64,000 bases of DNA. Origin: an uncultured Methanomassiliicoccales archaeon (GTDB taxonomy: Archaea; Thermoplasmatota; Thermoplasmata; RBG-16-68-12; EA-27). The stretch spans positions 9,563 to 73,562 of the forward strand of contig CAYNEM010000005.1 of the NCBI GenBank assembly GCA_964396265.1, written 5' to 3'. The translations under genes were made by a program, and so were the position numbers. The notes beneath the pieces were generated by a model. The model was not told the origin of the DNA. It worked only from the letters and a program-made list of their open reading frames with translations, and did not search any database. Every line of letters starts with the position of its first letter. Position 1 is the stretch's first letter. Shown piece after piece: positions 8,905-17,676 of this stretch.

Positions 8905-9849
8905 GTGAAAGCGGCCGTGTTCACACGATACGGACCACCCGATGTCCTTCAGCTGAAGGAGGTTGAGAAACCGACTCCGAAGGACAATCAGCTCCTGATC
9001 AGGGTATTTGCGACAACCGTGACCTCCGGGGACGTGCGCGTACGAAAGGCCGACCCATTCCTTGTAAGGCTTTTCTTCGGCCTCATCAGACCCAGGAAGA
9101 CTATCCTCGGGTCCGACCTCGCCGGAGAAGTCGAAGCCGTGGGAAAGGATGTGAAACGATTCAAGGTGGGGGACAAAGTCTTCGGGGGAGCCGTAGCCTC
9201 CTACGCCGAGTACACGTGTGTGCTGGAAGGAGGTCCGCGCGCACTGAAGCCGGCGAACCTGACCTTCGAGGAGGCGGCCGCCATCCCCTGGGGATCGGGA
9301 TGTTCGCTGTACTTCCTTAGAAAAGGGAAGATCCAGAGGGGACAACGAGTTCTCATCTACGGAGCCTCCGGATCGCTGGGTACGGCGGCCGTCCAGCTTG
9401 CGAAGCACTTCGGGGCGGAAGTCACAGGGGTTTGCAGTACCGCGAATCTGGACTTGGTGAAGTCGCTGGGGGCGGACAAGGTCATCGACTACACGAAGGA
9501 GGACTTCACCAGTCCCGCGACGTACGACCTCATCTACCACACGGTCGGCAAGATTTCGTTCCGAGCGAGCATGAAATCGCTCAAGCCTGGGGGAGTCTAT
9601 GTCAGCGCTCTCTCGCTGGCACCGATCCTTCGACGGCTACGGGCCTGGATTGCGGGCCGCAAAAAAGTGATCGGTGGGATATGCAAAGTGAAAGCGGAAG
9701 ACATGGTCTTCCTCAAAGAGCTCGTCGAGGCGGGGCATCTACGACCGGTCATCGATCGACGCTATCCGCTCGACCAAATCGCCGAGGCTCATCGGTATGT
9801 CGAACGAGGACACAAGAAGGGAAATGTGGTCATAACCCTGAGGACATGA
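8905..9849 (+). CDS. NAD(P)-dependent MDR-family oxidoreductase, copy 3
   Basis: [42 protein letters not shown]. Confidence 0.93.
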   Translation: MKAAVFTRYGPPDVLQLKEVEKPTPKDNQLLIRVFATTVTSGDVRVRKADPFLVRLFFGLIRPRKTILGSDLAGEVEAVGKDVKRFKVGDKVFGGAVASYAEYTCVLEGGPRALKPANLTFEEAAAIPWGSGCSLYFLRKGKIQRGQRVLIYGASGSLGTAAVQLAKHFGAEVTGVCSTANLDLVKSLGADKVIDYTKEDFTSPATYDLIYHTVGKISFRASMKSLKPGGVYVSALSLAPILRRLRAWIAGRKKVIGGICKVKAEDMVFLKELVEAGHLRPVIDRRYPLDQIAEAHRYVERGHKKGNVVITLRT

Positions 9850-9922
9850 TCACGCGGATCATTGGAACTTATGAGGGGGATTTGGAGCGGTCGACTGGAC
9901 CCCAGAAAGCCCTTATCCGAGA

Positions 9923-10399
9923 TTACGGCCTCGGGATCTCGTAGACCCCGGTCACATCGGCATCCGGGCGGTCTCGGTACTCATAGACAAACTCGAGAAA
10001 CTCTCGAAGAGTCATGGTCCGTCGCCTAAGAGACTCCCACCCTGAGAGAGCCCCTTCTACAAAGATGAGCACGGCCGCTTCTGGTTGAGCAAGTTCGAAG
10101 ACTCTGGACAGACAGAGGAAAACCGGGACTTCAGCAATCGCCGGTTTCGAGCGGTATTCGAGCTCACGGTCCAGAGTCTCATCGAGGCAATCGTGTTTGG
10201 GCGACGTGGTTAGGTTAAGAAGCAGCATCGGTGGCGCCTGGGAGGTGAGATGCGAAATCTCCGCTCTAATGGATTCGGGGATCTCTTCGCCAAGCTGAAG
10301 GTTGTATCCTCGTTCCGCCACCTCCCTCTTCAATCGGTCCAAGACAGAACGGATTGCTACTCGCCCGCCATTCATGGAGCCGCTCAGATATTCGCACAC
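9923..10399 (-). CDS. hypothetical protein
   Basis: 158-aa ORF with globular composition and atypical codon usage; no recognised motif. Confidence 0.6.
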   Translation of the reverse strand: MCEYLSGSMNGGRVAIRSVLDRLKREVAERGYNLQLGEEIPESIRAEISHLTSQAPPMLLLNLTTSPKHDCLDETLDRELEYRSKPAIAEVPVFLCLSRVFELAQPEAAVLIFVEGALSGWESLRRRTMTLREFLEFVYEYRDRPDADVTGVYEIPRP

Positions 10400-10729
10400 G
10401 TCAATCAGCCCGATAGGTCCTCCGACCTGAACTCCCTGATGCTCTTCTGATACCCGGGTATGCCGTTCGGGTCATAAACGGGTCCATTCATGAGTGATTG
10501 GCGGCGGGCTTCATAGCGCCTTTGGCTCGCCATCTCCGAACCGTGAACCGCGGGGTTCATTCTCTTGCCGATGTCCTCGCGCTGACCGCCGTACCACGAG
10601 ACGTCGCTCGCACCTCGTTTTCGAAAGACCAGAGGTAAGGCGTAATCATCGTCCGACTCACCGCAGGGGGGCTCAACGGCCCGTAACGAGGGCGGAATCT
10701 TTATTGCCCCTCGTCCAGTCCAGAGGCGC

Positions 10730-11728
10730 ATGGCGCTCTTGCTGCAGATACCCACGCCTGCGCGATCCCAAGAGTACGGGGCGCTGTCCGCGCCCTTGGG
10801 CGCTGCGACTGCTAGCCTGCAGCCTCCGACGGCCAAGAGGGTGCCACTGAGGGCTGAGCTCAAGTCTGCACACCTGGCCCGGAGTTACCAGTCCCTCATC
10901 CGTAGAAGGCTTTCCCTAATCCCGGCGGACCTGCCCTTTGGAGAGGCGGCGATTCTGACCCGCCTCAAGGAGGTCGATGGCCAGCCTGGGAACCGGGAAC
11001 TGATGGACAGGCGGCTCGAGCTTGAAGCAGACATGACCATCCTCGCGCAGAGCATCGAGCGATCGCCGCCAAAGGAAGACAAGCGCGAGCGCCGGAAGGG
11101 GCGGCTCTCAAACGTCTGGGACTTCCTCACCGCTCACACAGAGCGTGTCAAACTCCTCCTCGGCGAACGCGAGGGAAGACTCCGGTACAACGTACTGCTG
11201 TTCTTCCGATCCGACCTCCCCGCGTCGTACCTCGCGGAGTTTGGAGCAAGCACTCAATGGGAGATGTCTGCGCTCGCCCTGGCCACCAACGCTTGCGGGC
11301 AGAGGTTCGTCCAGCGTCTCACGGAACGTCCCGTGGAAGAGGTCAACAAGGAGCTTTTCATGGCGTCGGAAGCGCCACTGCAGGAAGTCGATCGGGCGTT
11401 CCGCGAATATCAGAAGCGTTTGTACGCAGTGACCTCGTTCGGTGACGAGGTCCTGAGATGGCGCGATGCCCTAGAGTACTACGTCGATCTCTTCTCCGCC
11501 ACCAACATCAATCGCTTCCGCGAGCTGCGGGAAATCTCCGTTTCCTCGCTCAGGCAGGAAATCCTTGATGAACTCACCGAGGGGCTACGCGGAGCCACCT
11601 CGGAGTTGCGCAGAGTCTTGGCCGAGGAGTATCCGGGAGGGCTCTCCGCGCTCCAGTGGATGCCTCAGGATGACGCGTACGTTACTGGGCTCGTTCGGCT
11701 CGAACTCGAGGCGGATCAGGCGGGATAG
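10730..11728 (+). CDS. hypothetical helical protein (partner of PIN gene)
   Basis: 332-aa ORF after TATA-like CTTTATT near 10700; ends 5 bp before the PIN gene. Confidence 0.7.
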   Translation: MALLLQIPTPARSQEYGALSAPLGAATASLQPPTAKRVPLRAELKSAHLARSYQSLIRRRLSLIPADLPFGEAAILTRLKEVDGQPGNRELMDRRLELEADMTILAQSIERSPPKEDKRERRKGRLSNVWDFLTAHTERVKLLLGEREGRLRYNVLLFFRSDLPASYLAEFGASTQWEMSALALATNACGQRFVQRLTERPVEEVNKELFMASEAPLQEVDRAFREYQKRLYAVTSFGDEVLRWRDALEYYVDLFSATNINRFRELREISVSSLRQEILDELTEGLRGATSELRRVLAEEYPGGLSALQWMPQDDAYVTGLVRLELEADQAG

Positions 11729-11733
11729 CCCCC

Positions 11734-12450
11734 ATGGCCATCCGAGTCGTCCTTGATGCGAATGTCGTGCTCGCGGGGTGTCTCGATCCCGCGATGGATG
11801 CGAAGGCGGGTTTGGCGGCGCAGGTCTTCGCGACACTCAAGGAAGAGGCAGTGCGACCCGCTGTGACTGAGAGCATACAGTCTGAGATTGAGGTCAAGAT
11901 CGGGGAGCGCGTGGGACAGATCCTCGATGCTGTCCGCGAACTGGCTAACGACACGCCGTCCTTCCCGCTTGATCCAGGAGAAACCACCCTGGAGGTCCTC
12001 GAGCGGCTCTTCGCGAAGCTGCGGAGGGGGACGACCAGCACGGGCGCGGCCCTCCAGTTGCTCGAATCCCGGCTGGCGTCGATCATCAAGGACACCTCCA
12101 TCGCGAATGAATCCCAATGGACCGCGCTATTCGGTCAGGTCGCCATCGAGACGACCACGCTGTTCGCGGAAGTCCAGCGGAGGCGCGACGCTTTGAGCCT
12201 TGAGGTCCTCGCGCGCTCGGGAAAGGCCAATCACGAGAGGTTCCGCGACATTCTGCGAACGGGCGACTTGGAACATATCTCGGTCCTCGCCGCCATCTCG
12301 GAGGCACGAAACCTCGACATCGTGTTCGTCACGTTGGACAGCGCCTTGCACGGACGGCGCGAGGAGATTGCGAAGGTAGCCCCGCGGATTACGGTGACAA
12401 CGCCCACGTTTCTCCGCCGCCAGATAGACCGTCTGCGCGGCAAGGAGTAG
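11734..12450 (+). CDS. PIN-domain protein with large helical insertion
   Basis: N-terminal RVVLDANV, helix E (IQSEI), GDLEHI, FVTLDSAL: PIN acidic motif layout. Confidence 0.7.
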   Translation: MAIRVVLDANVVLAGCLDPAMDAKAGLAAQVFATLKEEAVRPAVTESIQSEIEVKIGERVGQILDAVRELANDTPSFPLDPGETTLEVLERLFAKLRRGTTSTGAALQLLESRLASIIKDTSIANESQWTALFGQVAIETTTLFAEVQRRRDALSLEVLARSGKANHERFRDILRTGDLEHISVLAAISEARNLDIVFVTLDSALHGRREEIAKVAPRITVTTPTFLRRQIDRLRGKE

Positions 12451-12503
12451 TCCGGGCTCAGAAACTGCCAATACACGAGAGGACAGCAGGATTTCGCGAG
12501 GCC

Positions 12504-13451
12504 TCAGTCGGGCCGAGGATAGAGTCCGGCCTTCGTCACGATCATCGGCACGACGTCCTCCCAGCCCACCGCCATCAGGTGGACGCCGCGGATCCCCTCG
12601 ACCTTCCGCAACGCCTCGATCGTCTCGAGCGCGATGCGGACACCCTCGGCCTTCGGGTCGGACGCCTGCGACATGCGATCCTTCACCGCCGTCGGGACCG
12701 TGATCCCGGACACCTTCTCGTCGAGGAACCGCGCCATCTTCGCGGACTTCAGCGGGATCAGGCCGGCGAGGATGTGGACCTTGTCGTGGAGCCACTCCTT
12801 CCTCACGAGGCGCATCCACTCCTCGAAGGCGTCCACGTCGTACACCGCCTGCGTCTGGATGAAGTCCGCCCCCGCGTCGACCTTCCCGCGCAGGTTGACG
12901 ACCGCGTCCTCGGGGACGACGCCGAACGGGTTCGCCGCGGCGCCGAGAAACAGGTTTGGCGGGTCCGGCACGACCTCCCCGCCCGCGAGCGCGCCGGTTT
13001 CGCGGAGCTTATTCGCGAGGGCGAGGAACTGTTCCGTCGTGTACTCGAACACGGGTGCCGCGTCCGGCTCGTTCCCGGCCTTCGGGTCGTCCCCGCGGAG
13101 GCACAGGAGGTTCCGCACGCCGAGCGCGTGGGCGCCGAGGACGTCGGCCTGGAGCGCGATGCGGTTCCGGTCCCGCGTCACGATCTGCATCACGGGCTCG
13201 ACCCCTTCGCGCAGGAGGAGGGCGCTCGCCGCCAGGCTGGAGATCCGCACCAGCGCTCGCGTGCAATCCGTCACGTTGAACGCGTCCGCGTACCCCTTCA
13301 TCGCCCGGACCTGCGCGAGGATCTGGTCGGGCGAGCCGGACGCATTTGGAGTTACCTCGGCGGTGATCGCGAAATGCCCGGACACGAGGACCCTCTCGAG
13401 CCGGCTCCCGACCCGGATGATCGGCCTCGACGCCGCCACAGCGGATTCCAC
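12504..13451 (-). CDS. metF: methylenetetrahydrofolate reductase
   Basis: ITAEVTP, NVTD, RDRNRIALQ, LCLRGDDP, GADFIQTQ. Confidence 0.93.
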   Translation of the reverse strand: MESAVAASRPIIRVGSRLERVLVSGHFAITAEVTPNASGSPDQILAQVRAMKGYADAFNVTDCTRALVRISSLAASALLLREGVEPVMQIVTRDRNRIALQADVLGAHALGVRNLLCLRGDDPKAGNEPDAAPVFEYTTEQFLALANKLRETGALAGGEVVPDPPNLFLGAAANPFGVVPEDAVVNLRGKVDAGADFIQTQAVYDVDAFEEWMRLVRKEWLHDKVHILAGLIPLKSAKMARFLDEKVSGITVPTAVKDRMSQASDPKAEGVRIALETIEALRKVEGIRGVHLMAVGWEDVVPMIVTKAGLYPRPD

Positions 13452-13518
13452 AGGGCTCGTGCGTCTTAAGGCCTCGCCCCGGACAACGTTCTTAGCGCGA
13501 CGTGCGTTGCGCGCGCGG

Positions 13519-14700
13519 ATGCGGGTCCATCAGCCAACGATGATGTTCGGGCTCTCCGTGCTCGTCGGCCTCCTGAGGACCTTGGCGTACACGGGGACCC
13601 CGATCGGTGAGGATCTCTCCATTGCGGCCCTCCTCCACTACGTCGCCCTCCACATCCTGACGTTTGTGTTCGCCGCCTTCCTCGTCGTCTTGTTCTCCCG
13701 GGCGACCGTCACGCGCGCGGCATTCGTCGCGCTGTATGCGCAAGCGGTTCTGTTCTTGGCGTCCTTCGTCGACATCGGTCTCGGACTCGCCTTGACGGAC
13801 TACGGCCAGACGTACACCGGGGTGTTCGGCGGCTCCCCCGGATCGATCCTCTCGGTATTCGCGTACGGCTCGGTCATCGCCTGGGGCGTCCACAACGCGA
13901 CCCTCGGACAACGCAGTGCGCGCACGATCAGCGCCGCCCTCGCCGGCATCGCGGGTGTTCTCGGAATCTCGTTCCTCGCGATCCCATGGCCCCGAGTCGC
14001 CGAGTTCGTCGTGCACCCGTGGAGCCTTCACCTCGCGCTGGCGGTGTACTTCTCCTTTCTCGCCGGCGTGTTGCTCAGCCTCGCGGTGCGTCGGGGGAAC
14101 GCCGCCGCGTTTCGCGCGATCTTCCGGCAAATCGATCCCGTACGCATGAGTGGGTTCGCGATGCTCTCGCTCGTCGGGGCCGTGACCGCGGACCAGCTGA
14201 TCAATCCCTCGATTCCGAACGCGCCGCTGGAGCGATACCTCGTCGAACTCCCGCATGTCCTCGCGGGAATCGCGGTGGCGGCCGCGCTCTGGGTCCACTG
14301 GCGGCTCGTCCGCGCGGTCGCCTGGGGGCCGATGGGTCCGGAGGGCGCTCTCGTGGCGCAGTTCGTCGCCCTTGCTTTCGCGCTGCCGCTCGGCATCGTC
14401 CCACTCTTGGCGGCGGCGATCGCCGGCGGCGTCGCCTGGCTCGGCCGCGCTCCTCGGGCCGGCATCCTCGTGGGAGTCATCGCCGCTTTTGCCGTGCTCG
14501 TGGGGAACCTCACGGTGGCGGCAGTCGATTCGACGATGGCGACGATCGGTCCGCTGCCATTCCTCGTGCCGGTCGATCAGAACCCGATCATCTCGCTCGA
14601 GGGAGTCGTCGTGGCAGCCATGGCGGGCGTCCTCGTGGCCCTTGTCTCGCACGTCACCAGCCGTATTTCTGCGTCAGGGAGAGACCGCTCTTCATCGTGA
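13519..14700 (+). CDS. multi-pass membrane protein of unknown function
   Basis: About 11-12 hydrophobic segments from MRVHQPTMMFG; start estimated. Confidence 0.7.
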   Translation: MRVHQPTMMFGLSVLVGLLRTLAYTGTPIGEDLSIAALLHYVALHILTFVFAAFLVVLFSRATVTRAAFVALYAQAVLFLASFVDIGLGLALTDYGQTYTGVFGGSPGSILSVFAYGSVIAWGVHNATLGQRSARTISAALAGIAGVLGISFLAIPWPRVAEFVVHPWSLHLALAVYFSFLAGVLLSLAVRRGNAAAFRAIFRQIDPVRMSGFAMLSLVGAVTADQLINPSIPNAPLERYLVELPHVLAGIAVAAALWVHWRLVRAVAWGPMGPEGALVAQFVALAFALPLGIVPLLAAAIAGGVAWLGRAPRAGILVGVIAAFAVLVGNLTVAAVDSTMATIGPLPFLVPVDQNPIISLEGVVVAAMAGVLVALVSHVTSRISASGRDRSSS

Positions 14701-15817
14701 GCAGGTCCCGCGTCTCCGCGAGGTACTTCGGATGGCGCGTGAGGATCCGCCAGAACGCGCGCGCCGTCGAGACGTTGCTCGTGTCCCCGTGGGCCATGGC
14801 GTCCCCCGCGAAGTTGAAGTGCTCGTCGTCCCAGGAGCCGAACAGGTCCGCGGTCTTCCACAGGATGGGATCGAAGTACGGGGACGCCTTCATCTCGCGG
14901 TCGTATTCGAGGAAGAACCTCGGGTCCAGAGATCCGAGCGCCCTCACCGCGATCCGGCCCGCGACCTTCCCGCTGTACAGCGCCGGGTGGATGCCACCGC
15001 CAAACACAGGGTTCGTGACGCCCGCGGCGTCGCCGACGATCGCGAGGCCCGGCGCCGCCAAGCTCGAGAGCGTGTACAGGAACGGGATGTCCCCTCCCGT
15101 CTTCTTGTGGATGCGGTCGAGGGGGACCTTCAGCTCACGACAAAGGGCCTCCATGAGCTCCTTCACGCGGTCGACCGAGAGCACGCCGACGTCGAAGTAG
15201 GACCCCTTCGGGAACACCCAGCCGTACCCGCCCCGGTACTTCTGCGCGAAGAGAAAGATCAGCCACCCGTCGCACGGGTAGGACCAGTCTGCCGCCGCGA
15301 ACCGGTACTCGATGGCCTTCACGTACTTGCGAGCCACGAGGAGGCCCGCCCACCGCGCGACGTTCGACGCCGGCCCGTCCGCGCCGATGACCGAACGCGC
15401 GCGGATCGGCTCCGTGCGGTCCGTCTCCACGGTGAAGGCCCCATCGTCCCGGCGGCGCACCGCGGTGACCTTCGTGCGAAGTTGGAGGCGCGCCCCGGCG
15501 TCCACCGCCTGTTGGACGATCCACTGATCGAAGAGGGCTCGATCGATGCAGTAACCCGGGATCGACACCGTGAAGTCCGAGGCGTCGGGCAGCACACACC
15601 GGACGCCGCGCACCCGCTCCCGGATCCACTCCTCCTTGGCGGGAAGTTCCGCCTGCTCGAGGCCGAGCTCGCTCAGCCCCTCGCCGCACTGGACGGGGAC
15701 GCCGACGACGTCCCTCTTCTCCAGGAAAAGCACGGAGAACCCGGCCTTCGCGATCTCCATCCCCGCGCGGCCGCCCGCGGGACCGGCGCCGACGATAACC
15801 GCGTCGTACGCTTCCAC
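14654..15817 (-). CDS. geranylgeranyl reductase family FAD-dependent oxidoreductase
   Basis: IVGAGPAG, PVQCGEG, GADG, GYGWVFPKG, VGDAAG...GGGI. Confidence 0.9.
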   Translation of the reverse strand: MEAYDAVIVGAGPAGGRAGMEIAKAGFSVLFLEKRDVVGVPVQCGEGLSELGLEQAELPAKEEWIRERVRGVRCVLPDASDFTVSIPGYCIDRALFDQWIVQQAVDAGARLQLRTKVTAVRRRDDGAFTVETDRTEPIRARSVIGADGPASNVARWAGLLVARKYVKAIEYRFAAADWSYPCDGWLIFLFAQKYRGGYGWVFPKGSYFDVGVLSVDRVKELMEALCRELKVPLDRIHKKTGGDIPFLYTLSSLAAPGLAIVGDAAGVTNPVFGGGIHPALYSGKVAGRIAVRALGSLDPRFFLEYDREMKASPYFDPILWKTADLFGSWDDEHFNFAGDAMAHGDTSNVSTARAFWRILTRHPKYLAETRDLLTMKSGLSLTQKYGW

Positions 15818-15910
15818 ACCGCCGGCAGCCGGAGGACGTCTCTTAACCGTTTGCGCCGTCGAGGACTGCCTCGTTCACGCCCGGTAGTGAGGGTTCCATC
15901 TAATGTAGAA

Positions 15911-15924
15911 AGAAACGTTAAATA
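15911..15924 (+). promoter_or_regulatory. BRE/TATA-like promoter
   Basis: AGAAAC GTTAAATA in a GC-rich genome, about 23 nt upstream of the hairpin start. Confidence 0.55.
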
Positions 15925-15944
15925 GCGCGAGGTCGGTGTCAAGA

Positions 15945-16008
15945 TGGGGTGTTCGATGGGCAACCTCCCCCCTCCTTGAAAAACCCCACCCATCAAACAC
16001 CCTTTTTT
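15945..16008 (+). ncRNA. candidate about 60-nt small RNA (or attenuator) upstream of folD
   Basis: 14-bp stem GGGTGTTCGATGGG (15947-15960)/CCCATCAAACACCC (15989-16002) with one mismatch, C-rich loop, then TTTTTT. Confidence 0.55.
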
Positions 16009-16083
16009 CCAATCGGAGGCGGCCGGAATGCCGATGATGCGACTCCCAAACCGTTTTAGCGAGAGCCACTGCTCCCGTCGGCC

Positions 16084-16968
16084 GTGGGAGCCTCGATTAT
16101 CGATGGACGGGCGATCGCCGACGCGATCCGCGGAGAGTTGAGGGCGCGCGTCGAGGCCTTGGCGGCCCGGGGCACGAAACCCGGCCTCGCGGCCGTCCTC
16201 GTCGGACAGAATCCCGCGTCCATGGTGTACGTGAAGGCGAAAGCCAAGGCGTGCGAGGACTTGGGGATGCAGTCCGTCGTGGTCGAGATGCCCGAGGACA
16301 CGTCGGAGGACGCGCTCCTTGCCGAGGTCGGGAGGCTGAACTCGCGGCGTGACGTCCACGGGATCCTCGTGCAGCAGCCCCTGCCGCCAGGCATCCGCAT
16401 GGAGAAGGCGGTGGCGGCGGTGTCTCCGCTCAAGGACGTGGATTGCTTCCACCCCGTGAACGTCGGCCTCCTGCTCATCGGGACCCCGCGGTTCTCCCCC
16501 GCCACCCCGACGGGCGTCGTCGAGCTCCTCCTGCGAAGCGGCAACGACCCCTCGGGGAAGCACGTCGTGATCCTCGGGCGCAGCAACATCGTGGGGAAGC
16601 CGTTGGCGGCGCTGCTCATGCAGAAGGGGCGTGGCGGGAACGCGACCGTCACCGTTTGCCACTCTTCGACGCCGAACGTCGCCGCGTTCACGAAGTCCGC
16701 GGACATCCTCGTGGCGGCGATCGGGAAGCCCCGGTTCGTGACGCGGGACATGGTGCGCGCCGGGGCCGTCGTGATCGACGTCGGGATCAACCGCATTCCC
16801 GATGCGTCGACGAAGCTGGGGACGCGGCTCGTTGGTGACGTGGACTTCGATGCGGTGAAGGAGGTCGCGTCCGCGATCACGCCCGTCCCGGGGGGCGTGG
16901 GCCCCATGACGATCGCGATCCTCCTCCGGAATACCTTGGCGGCCACGGAAACGGCGACGAGCGTCTGA
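16084..16968 (+). CDS. folD: bifunctional methylenetetrahydrofolate dehydrogenase/cyclohydrolase
   Basis: YVKAK, HGILVQQPLP, KDVDCFHP, GRSNIVGKP, TPVPGGVGPMT. Confidence 0.97.
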   Translation: MGASIIDGRAIADAIRGELRARVEALAARGTKPGLAAVLVGQNPASMVYVKAKAKACEDLGMQSVVVEMPEDTSEDALLAEVGRLNSRRDVHGILVQQPLPPGIRMEKAVAAVSPLKDVDCFHPVNVGLLLIGTPRFSPATPTGVVELLLRSGNDPSGKHVVILGRSNIVGKPLAALLMQKGRGGNATVTVCHSSTPNVAAFTKSADILVAAIGKPRFVTRDMVRAGAVVIDVGINRIPDASTKLGTRLVGDVDFDAVKEVASAITPVPGGVGPMTIAILLRNTLAATETATSV

Positions 16969-17007
16969 CGTTCTCGCATTCATCTCGGAACCCCGAGGGT
17001 CCCGGGC

Positions 17008-17562
17008 TCACTCGGTCGACTCCCTGTCCTGCGCGCGAGGTGGCGGTGTCTCCGCGGGCTTCTTCGGTGGCGGGGGCGGTGCCTTGGGCGGGGGCGGTGG
17101 CGGTGCTCCCGCAGTCTTTGGCGGTGGAGGCGCGGCGGGCTTGGCCCCGGTCTCAGACTTCGCAGACGGGATGCGGATCGGCGTGCTCGGCGCCGCCGGA
17201 GCCGGCGTCAGTTTGGACTGCACATGTTCCCAGCACGGGTCGAGCCAGTCCCGCCACGAGATGTTCGCCTGGAACGGGCTCTCGAGGACGCGCTTCTCCG
17301 TCTTCCGCACGGGCGACTGGAAGACGCTCATGCCGACGTAGTCCTTCGTAGAGACAATCTCGAAGTCGACCGTGCGCAGGATTTCCTTGTCCCAGTTCCA
17401 CTCGACGTCCACGCGACCGTAGACCGTCTCGATCAGCGTCGGCCTCTCCGACTTCTTGATCTTCGCGCCCTTCTTCTGAAGCCAATCGAGGATCGCGTCG
17501 AACACCTCCTCCTGCTTCACGCCCTTGAAGAGCTTCTTGTACTCGAACGCGACCTCGGCCAT
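17008..17562 (-). CDS. hypothetical protein with Pro-rich C-terminal tail
   Basis: MAEVAFEYKKLF... globular domain then PPPPK repeats; host codon usage. Confidence 0.75.
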   Translation of the reverse strand: MAEVAFEYKKLFKGVKQEEVFDAILDWLQKKGAKIKKSERPTLIETVYGRVDVEWNWDKEILRTVDFEIVSTKDYVGMSVFQSPVRKTEKRVLESPFQANISWRDWLDPCWEHVQSKLTPAPAAPSTPIRIPSAKSETGAKPAAPPPPKTAGAPPPPPPKAPPPPPKKPAETPPPRAQDRESTE

Positions 17563-17676
17563 GGGCTCCCGGAGGACGGTGGCGGGAAAGTAGGTTTCGG
17601 CCGCGCCCCCGAACGTGTGCTCCCCGATCCGGGCAGCGACGGGAACCCTTTTGGCGGCGCCCGCGATGTCGCGGCG

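Larger units (their letters stand above)
5200..12480. mobile_element. accessory mosaic island (horizontally acquired; borders approximate)
   Basis: Visibly more A/T-rich codon usage than flanks, three paralogous MDR genes, integrase fragment, truncated genes and orphans between purH and metF; no intact mobility gene. Confidence 0.55.

Noticed and set aside
5669-12480. attC sites / true integron cassette array
   Set aside because: Inspected the spacers for RYYYAAC...GTTRRRY imperfect palindromes and found none convincing; genes are in mixed orientation
15880-16083. THF or ZTP riboswitch ahead of folD
   Set aside because: Conserved core motifs of those riboswitches not recognised; reported only as a generic candidate RNA
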